This document shows, in pieces, positions 8,097 through 15,226 of a stretch of DNA of 20,000 bases (the first letter of the stretch is position 1; every line of letters starts with the position of its first letter). The DNA comes from an uncultured virus (IMG/VR IMGVR_UViG_3300037692_000302). Its lineage: Duplodnaviria > Heunggongvirae > Uroviricota > Caudoviricetes. Location of the stretch: IMG/VR virus record IMGVR_UViG_3300037692_000302. The stretch is one strand, 5' to 3'. A program made the translations under genes and the position numbers. The notes under the pieces are model-generated. The model was not told where the DNA came from and made no database searches. It saw only the letters and a program-made list of their open reading frames with translations.

Positions 8097-8783
8097 ATGA
8101 TCAGCATCACCAAGGTCGAGCAGCAGGCCCCCGGCCTCGTCTCCCTCGCCAAAACCGCCGCAGTCTCCCTGGAGAAGAACGGCCTCGACGGACAGCGAGC
8201 CGCCGTCCAACTCGTCCTCGACCACTCCGGCAGCATGGCCCCCTACTACGCCAACGGGTCGGTGCAGCGCCTCGCAGAACAAGCACTCGGCCTGTCCGCC
8301 AACCTCGACGACGACGGGTCGGTGCCGCTCATCTACTTCGGCTCCCGCGCCGAACAGCACGACGACGCCCGCCTCGACAACTACGCCGGGATCATCGACC
8401 GCACCCACCAGGCTGTGCGCTGGGGCTCAACGGACTACGTCGCCGGAATGAACGCGGCGATCACCGAGTACCGCAACTCCGGTGCCACAGACCCCGGGCT
8501 CGTCATCTTCCAGACGGACGGCGAACCCAACAGCCGCAAGGCCGTCGAACGCGCCCTCCGCGAGGCGTCCAAGCTGCCGATCTTCTGGGCGTTCGTCGGG
8601 TTCGGCGGGCGCGTCGAGTTCCTGGAGAAGCTCGACGACCTCGGCGGCCGGGCCGTCGACAACGCCTCCTTCTTCCACGCCCGCGACCCGCACCGCGTGT
8701 CCGACGCCGACCTGTACGACGGCATCACCGCCGAGTTCGCCGGATGGCTGACCGCCGCTCGCGCCGCCGGAATCCTCCACTGA
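8097..8783 (+). CDS. Stand-alone vWA domain protein, vWA-TerF-like
   Basis: MIDAS motif LVLDHSGSM, LDDDG.VP, WGSTDY, VIFQTDG, LPIFWAFVGFG, FLEKLDDL..R.VDNA.FF, typical of Ter-associated vWA domains. Confidence 0.85.
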   Translation: MISITKVEQQAPGLVSLAKTAAVSLEKNGLDGQRAAVQLVLDHSGSMAPYYANGSVQRLAEQALGLSANLDDDGSVPLIYFGSRAEQHDDARLDNYAGIIDRTHQAVRWGSTDYVAGMNAAITEYRNSGATDPGLVIFQTDGEPNSRKAVERALREASKLPIFWAFVGFGGRVEFLEKLDDLGGRAVDNASFFHARDPHRVSDADLYDGITAEFAGWLTAARAAGILH

Positions 8784-8793
8784 CCACCTGACC

Positions 8794-8905
8794 GGCGGCC
8801 GTCCCCCACGGCCGCCACCCGGGGCCCGCGACTTCCCCCGAGCGCGGGCCCGCACCCAACCAACCGACCGCAGCACGAAGGCCCCGCACGGACTGGTACG
8901 GGGCC
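8794..8905 (+). promoter_or_regulatory. Cluster of three GC-rich hairpins in the vWA-MTase intergenic region (possible terminator or RNA structure)
   Basis: GGCGGCCGT/ACGGCCGCC (8794-8816), GGGCCCGCG/CGCGGGCCC (8822-8851), GGCCCCGCAC/GTACGGGGCC (8880-8905, one mismatch). Confidence 0.55.
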
Positions 8906-8935
8906 AGAAACCAACCCGAACAGAACGGAACCCAC

Positions 8936-10405
8936 GTGGCAGATCTGCAAGACCTCTACGGCACCCGCCAAGCACACCCCTACGCCGATATCTTCCCGCT
9001 CCTTCCCGAGGCGGAGTTGAAGGCGCTCGCCGACGACGTTGCCGCGCATGGGCTGCGTGAGCCGATCTGGTTGCACCGTGACGGGCGGATCATCGACGGG
9101 CGCAACCGGTACCGGGCGTGCGAGTTGGCCGGGGTCGAACCGGAGTACCGCACTTATCAGGGCGACGACGCCGGTCTGCTCGGCTTCGTCGTCTCGCTGA
9201 ACCTGCATCGGCGACACCTCGACGTGGGGCAGCGCGCGATGATTGCCGACACGCTCGCCAATATGCAGCAGGGTGCCCGGACAGACCTTGTGGAATTTTC
9301 CACAAAGTCGCCTGCCGATGACGACCTGTTTGGGGATGCGCCGCAGCCCGAACCAGCCGCGCTCGCTATCTCACAGTCGCAGGCCGCCGCGCTGATGAAC
9401 GTCAGCCGCGAAAGCGTGGTCATGGCCCGCAAGGTGCGTGAGCAGGGCGTTCCCGAACTTGCGGAAAAGGTCGTCGCGGGGAAGGCCAGCGTCTCGGCTG
9501 CGGCCGCGATTGCCGAGGCTTCCAAGGAGGAGCAGTTCGAGGCCCTCGCGGCAGCCGAAGAGGCAGCGAAGTCAGCGGCAGCCGGAAGGCGCGCGCAGGA
9601 GGCCACCGAAGCCGCTGCCCGCGCCGAGGAGAAGGAGATCATCCGCCGCGCCAACGAACTCAGGAAGCGGAAGGCCGAGGCGAAGGCGGAAGCGAAACGA
9701 GCGCGCACAGAACAGCTCGCCAAGCAAGCCGCCGAGGCCGCCCAACGCATCCAGGTCCTCGCTGACCCGGCGCGCCCCGAGGCCGGGCAGTGGTGGCAGC
9801 TCGGACGACACCGCCTGTACTGCGGCGACTCCACCGACCCAGAGTTCATCAAAGCCACGCAAGACGCAGCATTCGCATTCGCTGACCCGCCATACAACGC
9901 CGGCAAAGCCGAGTGGGACCACAGCTTCGTCTGGGGTCACGACTACCTCACCGACAGCGCGCCCATCGTCGCCGTTACTCCTGGACTGTCCGCCGTACAG
10001 GACTTCTTCACAACAACCGCCATGCCCTACCGGTGGTCGATGGCCGCATGGATCGCCAACGGCATGACCCGCGGCGCCCTCGGATTCGGCAACTGGATCT
10101 ACCTTGCCTTGTTCTCCCACGGCGAGAGCCTGCACCGCAACGCGCAGGACGTGCTGCGGATAACGATCGAAACGGCCAGCACATCCGAGACGAACCACGC
10201 GTCCCGTAAACCGGCACGCCTCCTCGTCGACCTCATCGACCTCTTCACCAACGAGGGGGACATCGTCGTCGACCCCTTCCTCGGATCGGGCACCACGCTC
10301 TTCGCAGCAGACCAGACCGGTCGCACCTGCGTAGGCGCCGAACTCGACCTCCTCCACTGCGGCGAGATCATCGCCAAATACGGGCCGGAGGCGCGACCCC
10401 TATGA
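8936..10405 (+). CDS. ParB/Srx N-terminal domain + HTH + coiled linker + beta-class amino (N6-A/N4-C) DNA methyltransferase fusion
   Basis: HPYADIFP...GLREPIW...IIDGRNRYRAC...SLNLHRRHL (ParB-N); QGARTDL; SQSQAAALMNVSRESV (HTH); LGRHRLYCGDS, ADPPY (motif IV) before H.SRKP and VVDPFLGSGTT (motif I). Confidence 0.9.
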   Translation: MADLQDLYGTRQAHPYADIFPLLPEAELKALADDVAAHGLREPIWLHRDGRIIDGRNRYRACELAGVEPEYRTYQGDDAGLLGFVVSLNLHRRHLDVGQRAMIADTLANMQQGARTDLVEFSTKSPADDDLFGDAPQPEPAALAISQSQAAALMNVSRESVVMARKVREQGVPELAEKVVAGKASVSAAAAIAEASKEEQFEALAAAEEAAKSAAAGRRAQEATEAAARAEEKEIIRRANELRKRKAEAKAEAKRARTEQLAKQAAEAAQRIQVLADPARPEAGQWWQLGRHRLYCGDSTDPEFIKATQDAAFAFADPPYNAGKAEWDHSFVWGHDYLTDSAPIVAVTPGLSAVQDFFTTTAMPYRWSMAAWIANGMTRGALGFGNWIYLALFSHGESLHRNAQDVLRITIETASTSETNHASRKPARLLVDLIDLFTNEGDIVVDPFLGSGTTLFAADQTGRTCVGAELDLLHCGEIIAKYGPEARPL

Positions 10406-10962
10406 GCACAGCCTTCAGCCAGAAGAACTTCGAATTCACCAAGCGCGCACACCTCGCCGCACAACGGGAGCTCTACCCCCGCTTGTTCCCCGCCTGCAAC
10501 GTCAGCTTCGAGGGCGTCACCCAAACCGCGCAGGACCTCGAATACGCCATCGACTGCCAGCTGTCCATCAAGCCCTTCCTGCTAGACCTACGCGCCCCGA
10601 TCCGGCTGTCAGTGCAGGAGCGGTTCCGTAGGCCTGCGTCCATGGGGTTCAACGACGTCACTGTCACCGAGTTCAACACAGAGACGGGCGTGCCCTCCGA
10701 GCTGCACAAACTCGGCGCGCACATGTTCGTCTACGGCTTCTACGACGACGACAGAGACCGCCTTGGACAGGTGTGGGTGGTGGACGTTCTTCAGATGCAG
10801 GTGGCGCTTGTGAACGGCAAGCTCCGCTACACACGCGGGCGCCGCAAGGGCCGAGACCAGACGTTCCTGGGGTTCGACGTCGCGCGGCTGCGCGAGTTGG
10901 GTGCCGTGAAGTACGTGCACGACGGCTGGGCTACCACGGGCGACACGGAGCCCACGTCATGA
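10402..10962 (+). CDS. Probable PD-(D/E)xK restriction-endonuclease-fold protein
   Basis: Coupled to the MTase (ATGA); DLEYAID-beta strand...LSVQERFR resembles a variant D...(Q/E)x(K/R) core; fold call is inference. Confidence 0.6.
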   Translation: MSTAFSQKNFEFTKRAHLAAQRELYPRLFPACNVSFEGVTQTAQDLEYAIDCQLSIKPFLLDLRAPIRLSVQERFRRPASMGFNDVTVTEFNTETGVPSELHKLGAHMFVYGFYDDDRDRLGQVWVVDVLQMQVALVNGKLRYTRGRRKGRDQTFLGFDVARLRELGAVKYVHDGWATTGDTEPTS

Positions 10963-11351
10963 CCGGCATCGGGTGTCGTGTGGCGGCTGGCAGCATGCCG
11001 GCCGCCCGCGGCGGCGCGTCAGGACTCGGCGATCGTGCGGGCGGCGCCGGCGTCGCGTTGGCGCTTCTTCCATGCCGCGATCTGCCGGTGGATGTGACGA
11101 CGGAGGTCGTCTGCACGGGTCGTGCCCATGTCCTTGCACGCCTCCTCGTACGCGGTCCACGTCTCGCCATCGACGCGGATCACGCGGCCGGGGGTTCCCT
11201 TCGTCGTCATGTCGACAGCGTAGCTGACCGGACACGGGATGGGCACCTCGCCTTCGCATTCAACCACTCGGTGCCCGTGCGCTGTAGGGGCACCTGGGTT
11301 GAGATGGGACAAGCCGGAAGGGCGACTGCCGCCCCGACGAAGCCGCCATGA
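10959..11351 (+). CDS. Possible 130-aa sense ORF that fully contains the antisense RHH gene
   Basis: Starts with the usual ATGA coupling and a GGAG upstream; no recognisable domain, so it may be a shadow ORF. Confidence 0.3.
   Translation: MTGIGCRVAAGSMPAARGGASGLGDRAGGAGVALALLPCRDLPVDVTTEVVCTGRAHVLARLLVRGPRLAIDADHAAGGSLRRHVDSVADRTRDGHLAFAFNHSVPVRCRGTWVEMGQAGRATAAPTKPP
11019..11210 (-). CDS. Ribbon-helix-helix (CopG/Arc-like) DNA-binding protein, 63 aa; only plausible minus-strand gene
   Basis: MTTKGTPGRVIRVDGETWTAYEEACKDMGTTRADDLRRHIHRQIAAWKK: beta strand (RVIRV), helix, G-turn, helix; GC3-rich codons on the minus strand. Confidence 0.75.
   Translation of the reverse strand: MTTKGTPGRVIRVDGETWTAYEEACKDMGTTRADDLRRHIHRQIAAWKKRQRDAGAARTIAES
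11217..11222 (-). promoter_or_regulatory. Putative -10 box (TACGCT) for a leaderless RHH transcript
   Basis: Minus strand reads ...cagcTACGCTgtcgacATG: TANNNT 6 nt before the ATG and no SD, matching actinobacterial leaderless promoters. Confidence 0.5.
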
Positions 11352-11402
11352 GCGCTGCCTGAAACCAGGCCCTGAACAGCAACGACGGCGAGAGAAGAGC
11401 AC

Positions 11403-12356
11403 GTGAGCACAGATGCAGTGACCTGGGCCATGGACGACGCGCCCATGCCACGCACCGAGAAGGGCAAGCCGGACACCACTGCCCGGCATGTCCTTCAGAC
11501 GCTCGCCGAGCACGCCAAGCCCGACGGCACGAACAGCCACCCCTCGGTGCTTCGCATCCAGTACCGCACCGGCTACGACCGCACCACCGTCCAGCGCGCG
11601 CTGCGCCGGCTGGAGAGCGGCGCCCTGATCGTGCGCGACGGCACGACCGAGGGGCGCGCGCGCTGGAAGCTCGCCATGGAGCTGCGCCGTCCGGAGTCGG
11701 ACTGGGCGGATCTGGAACGCGAGGAGGACGACTTCCGTGCGGCTGCCGCCGAGCGGAAGAGGCGGTCCCGCTCGAAGACTGTCACGCACTCAGAGTCCGT
11801 GACTGTCACAGGCGTAAAGGACGTGACTGTCACGGACGCAGAATCCGTGACCGCCGATGTCACGGACGGAACGCCTAGCCGTCACGCACTTAAAGTCCGT
11901 TCGTCACGGACGGAACGCCGCCCTAACCACCAACAACCGTCAGACAACCAACTACTAAAAGACTCTTCTTCGCCTGCGGCTCACGAAGACGAGCCCACCG
12001 AGGATCTGCACCTCGACGCGTTCGGCGCCTTCTGGAGCAACTACCCGAAGAAGCGCAACCGCGAGGAAGCCAAGCTCGCCTGGCTCGCCGCCATCAGGCG
12101 CGGCATCGTCCCCCAGCAAATGATCGACGGCGCCCAGCGCTACGCCCGTGAGCGGGCTGGTGAAGATCCCAAGTTCACCAAGTACCCCGCCACCTGGCTG
12201 AACAAGGGCTGCTACGACGACGAGCCCGACCCGCGGCCCGGCCCCCAGCTCCGCGCGGTGTCCGGCTGGACGGCCCCGAACCGCCCCCACCCCATGACCG
12301 GCGCCGCAGCACAAATCTGGACCGCCGACGACTACAAGAATGCGAAGCCCTTCTGA
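11403..12356 (+). CDS. Phage replication initiator (N-terminal wHTH, internal iteron-coded linker, C-terminal replisome-organiser-like domain)
   Basis: MSTDAVTWA...ARHVLQTLAEHA...HPSVLRIQYRTGYDRTTVQRALRRLESGALI (wHTH); FGAFWSNYPKK...A..AW...KYPATWLNKGCYDDE; lies upstream of DnaC-like and DnaB genes. Confidence 0.85.
   Translation: MSTDAVTWAMDDAPMPRTEKGKPDTTARHVLQTLAEHAKPDGTNSHPSVLRIQYRTGYDRTTVQRALRRLESGALIVRDGTTEGRARWKLAMELRRPESDWADLEREEDDFRAAAAERKRRSRSKTVTHSESVTVTGVKDVTVTDAESVTADVTDGTPSRHALKVRSSRTERRPNHQQPSDNQLLKDSSSPAAHEDEPTEDLHLDAFGAFWSNYPKKRNREEAKLAWLAAIRRGIVPQQMIDGAQRYARERAGEDPKFTKYPATWLNKGCYDDEPDPRPGPQLRAVSGWTAPNRPHPMTGAAAQIWTADDYKNAKPF
11781..11970. repeat. Iteron array and adjacent G-poor/AT-richer tract: probable phage replication origin inside the initiator gene
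   Basis: GTCAC(G/A)-N11-CGTGAC at 11781, 11805, 11829 (period 24); further GTCACG units at 11859, 11881, 11903 (period 22); then CTAACCACCAACAACC...AACTACTAAAAGACTCTTCTT. Confidence 0.8.
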
Positions 12357-12943
12357 TGACCAGCGCAGACAACCGGCGCACCCGGCACGACGCCGCCCAA
12401 GCCGCAGCCCGCGCCGAGATCCGCGCACAAACCCTCGACCGCTACCTCGCCCGCCGCCCCAAAGCCTTCGACGAGAACGGCCCCTTCCGGCCCGAAGCCG
12501 ACCAGTGGATCGACGGCTTCCTGTCCGGCTCGCACGCCTCGCTGCTCCTCCTCGGCGAACCCGGCACCGGCAAAACCTGGCACCTGTGGAAGATCGGCGA
12601 ACTCCTCATCGAGCGCGGCTGGTACGGCCGCTACTACCTCGTCTCCGACTTCGAATTCAAAGCCGCCGCCGACCGGCCCGTCGACCACGACAAGCTCCAC
12701 GCCTGGCGCGAAGCACCACTCCTCGCCCTCGACGACCTCGGCGCCACCCAGCTCTACCCCTGGACCGTCGACGCCATCGCCCAAGTCGTCGACGCCCGCT
12801 GGCAAAACCAGCTCCCCACCCTCATCTCCACCAACCTGCCCACCCTCGAACCCCTCGGCCCGCGCACCATGTCCCGCTTCGCCGACGGCGGCTCCACCGC
12901 GGTCGCGTTCACCGGCACCGACTTCCGAAGGAACCGCGCGTGA
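12356..12943 (+). CDS. DnaC/IstB-like AAA+ ATPase (helicase loader)
   Basis: Walker A GEPGTGKT, Walker B LLALDDLG, R...LPTLISTNL, R..SR, F.G.D.R. Confidence 0.88.
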   Translation: MTSADNRRTRHDAAQAAARAEIRAQTLDRYLARRPKAFDENGPFRPEADQWIDGFLSGSHASLLLLGEPGTGKTWHLWKIGELLIERGWYGRYYLVSDFEFKAAADRPVDHDKLHAWREAPLLALDDLGATQLYPWTVDAIAQVVDARWQNQLPTLISTNLPTLEPLGPRTMSRFADGGSTAVAFTGTDFRRNRA

Positions 12944-14313
12944 CCCACGACTACGACGACCAGGCCGCCGAGCACGGCGAGCAGCCGTCCCGCCTGATCC
13001 CGCCGCAGGACGTCGCCGCCGAGATGGCCCTCCTCGGAGAGATGATCTTCGCCGACCGGGCCATCGAAGAAGCCCTCGACATCCTCACCCCCGGCGACTT
13101 CAGCCGCCCCGCACACGAAACCATCGCCCGCACCGTCATCGACCTGTTCAACTCCGGCCACCCCCACGACCCCATCGCCCTCGGCAACCGGCTCGAAAAA
13201 GACGGCGAACTCACCCGCGTCGGCGGCAGCCCCTACCTCTTCCAGCTCACCCAAGCCATGGTCACCGTCTCCCACGCCAGCCACCACGCCCGGATCGTCC
13301 ACGAGAAAGCCATCCTCCGGAAGATCCGCGAAGCCGGAAACGGCATGAGCCAGAGCGTCCACCGCGGAGAACAGACACCCGACGAGATCCTCCAAAGCGC
13401 CTACGACACCCTCGAAGGCCTGACCACCCTCACCGACCCCGGCGACACCGACCTCGCCATCGGCGCCGACATCATGGACACCGTCGCCGAAGTCGTCGAC
13501 ATCCGGGAGAACGGCCCCAAGGGAGGCCTCAAAACCGGCTTCGCCGACTTCGACGAACTCACCGGCGGACTCCAGCCCGGCCAGCTCATCCTCATCGCCG
13601 CCCGCCCCGCCATGGGCAAATCCGTCCTCGCCGGAGACATCGCCCGCACCACCGCCATCCGCAACGACATCCCCACCGCGTTCTTCTCCCTGGAGATGGG
13701 CCGCAAGGAACTCGAAAAGCGATTCCTCGCAGCCCACGCCACCTACCCGCTCCACTGGATGAAGAACAAAGGCCCCCTCGACGACGCCAAAATCCTCGAC
13801 CTCATCGAAGCCGGCAAGGACATGCAGGCCTCGCCGCTGTTCATCGTCGCCGACACCGGTGTCACCGTCGCGAAGATCCGCTCGCACTGCCGCCGCGTCC
13901 AACGCCAGCACGGCCTCGGCCTCGTCGTCGTCGACTACCTCCAGCTCATGGGCGGCGAATCAAACGGGCGCGGCGACAACCGGCAGCAAGAAGTCTCACG
14001 GATCAGCCGCGGACTGAAGACCCTCGCCATGGACCTGCAAGTCCCCGTCGTCGCCCTCTCCCAGCTCAACCGCGGACCCGAGCAACGCCAGGACAAGAAG
14101 CCGCAGGTATCCGACCTCCGCGAGTCCGGCTCCCTCGAACAAGACGCCGACATCGTCATCCTGCTCCACCGCGAAGACGCCTACCAGAAGGAATCCGTCC
14201 GCGCCGGCGAAGCCGACCTCATCGTCGCCAAACACCGCAACGGGCCCACCGCCACGATCACCGTCGCCTTCCAAGGGCATTATGCCCGTTTCGTGGATAT
14301 GGCGGCGACGTGA
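12940..14313 (+). CDS. dnaB: Replicative DNA helicase DnaB (phage-encoded, 457 aa, no intein)
   Basis: PPQDVAAE, TGF.DFDELTGGLQPGQL, AARPAMGKS, FFSLEM, VVVDYLQLM, ALSQLNR, SDLRESGSLEQDAD, IVAKHRNGPT; start GTG 12940. Confidence 0.97.
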   Translation: MTHDYDDQAAEHGEQPSRLIPPQDVAAEMALLGEMIFADRAIEEALDILTPGDFSRPAHETIARTVIDLFNSGHPHDPIALGNRLEKDGELTRVGGSPYLFQLTQAMVTVSHASHHARIVHEKAILRKIREAGNGMSQSVHRGEQTPDEILQSAYDTLEGLTTLTDPGDTDLAIGADIMDTVAEVVDIRENGPKGGLKTGFADFDELTGGLQPGQLILIAARPAMGKSVLAGDIARTTAIRNDIPTAFFSLEMGRKELEKRFLAAHATYPLHWMKNKGPLDDAKILDLIEAGKDMQASPLFIVADTGVTVAKIRSHCRRVQRQHGLGLVVVDYLQLMGGESNGRGDNRQQEVSRISRGLKTLAMDLQVPVVALSQLNRGPEQRQDKKPQVSDLRESGSLEQDADIVILLHREDAYQKESVRAGEADLIVAKHRNGPTATITVAFQGHYARFVDMAAT

Positions 14314-14894
14314 TGGCGGCCACCTGCGCGGGAGAACGCCGCTGCATCGAGTGCGGCTCGCTGGAGTTCTACGCCCGCGAGCGGTGCCAGACCTGTTACG
14401 GCCGGTTCAGGCGACAGGCGAAGAGGGCAGGCACCTTCACCCTCCTCGTCGTCCACGGCGCATCGAACGAGAAGCTCGCCGAGCAATCCGAGTCGGGCCC
14501 CGGCGGATGTGTGCTGTACACCGGCTGCCTCACCCGCCAGGGGTACGGCCAGATCCGTGTCAACGGCACCCAGATGCTGGCCCATCGCGCCATCTACGAA
14601 CTCGCGGTCGGCCCCATACCTGACGGCATGGAACTGGACCACACCTGCCACAACCAGGACCCCAGCTGCATGGGCGGCGACACCTGCGTCCATCGCCGCT
14701 GCATCAACGTCGAGCACCTAGAGCCCGTCACCGGCGCAGAAAACACGCGCCGCGGCAAGAGCTGGGCCATCAACGGGACCAAGACCCACTGCCCACAGGG
14801 CCACCCCTACGACGCCGAGAACACCCACGTCTGGAACGGGCGCCGTTACTGCCGCGCCTGCAACCGGGCGATCAAGAAATCCCGGAGGGGGTGA
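14310..14894 (+). CDS. HNH homing endonuclease with N-terminal Cys cluster and C-terminal KTHCPQGH zinc module
   Basis: GYGQI...AHRAIYELAVGPIPDGMELDHTC...CINVEHLEPVTGAENTRRG...KTHCPQGHPYDAENT...CRAC; start GTG 14310 or ATG 14313. Confidence 0.9.
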   Translation: MMAATCAGERRCIECGSLEFYARERCQTCYGRFRRQAKRAGTFTLLVVHGASNEKLAEQSESGPGGCVLYTGCLTRQGYGQIRVNGTQMLAHRAIYELAVGPIPDGMELDHTCHNQDPSCMGGDTCVHRRCINVEHLEPVTGAENTRRGKSWAINGTKTHCPQGHPYDAENTHVWNGRRYCRACNRAIKKSRRG

Positions 14895-14901
14895 ACGAAC
14901 C

Positions 14902-15084
14902 GTGGCCTACCTCGACGTCTGCGACCGCTGCCTCACCGAAGACAGCCCCGCCGTAACGCCCCTCAGCCTCACCCCGTCCGGACCCGACGGCGTCCTCGCC
15001 CTCTACCTCTGCCCCCGATGCGGCGACGCCTGGACCTGCGGATGGCTCGTACAGGAAGACCCCGCAGCCCACCCCGCCGCCTGA
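14902..15084 (+). CDS. Small zinc-ribbon protein (CDRC...CPRC)
   Basis: Two CxxC motifs; GGAGGGG upstream. Confidence 0.65.
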   Translation: MAYLDVCDRCLTEDSPAVTPLSLTPSGPDGVLALYLCPRCGDAWTCGWLVQEDPAAHPAA

Positions 15085-15226
15085 CCGTCAGCGATCACCA
15101 CCGCGCAAGCCCCCCAACCACCACCCGGGCGAACCACACCAACCCGGACAAGCCGCACCCGGTACCACCACACCCCACCCAAACCGGACACCCGGTTGAT
15201 CAGCAACACGTGAAGGAGCAGCACCG

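Noticed and set aside
7826..8791. 321-aa alternative + strand ORF over the vWA gene
   Set aside because: Arg/Pro-rich off-frame translation; the vWA frame has an RBS and conserved motifs
8936..9400. ParABS partition system
   Set aside because: No ParA ATPase nearby (the only AAA+ is DnaC/IstB-like); the ParB domain is fused to an MTase
11781..11925. Possible CRISPR array or mini-array
   Set aside because: Units are 22-24 bp with no unique spacers of CRISPR length, lie inside a CDS, and no cas genes are present; iterons explain them better
12340..12939. 200-aa N-terminal extension of DnaB in the 657-aa ORF call
   Set aside because: It overlaps the DnaC-like gene in another frame and is Arg/Pro-rich noise; DnaB homology starts after GTG 12940
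12940..14313. Intein in DnaB
   Set aside because: All helicase motifs are contiguous and the length (457 aa) is normal
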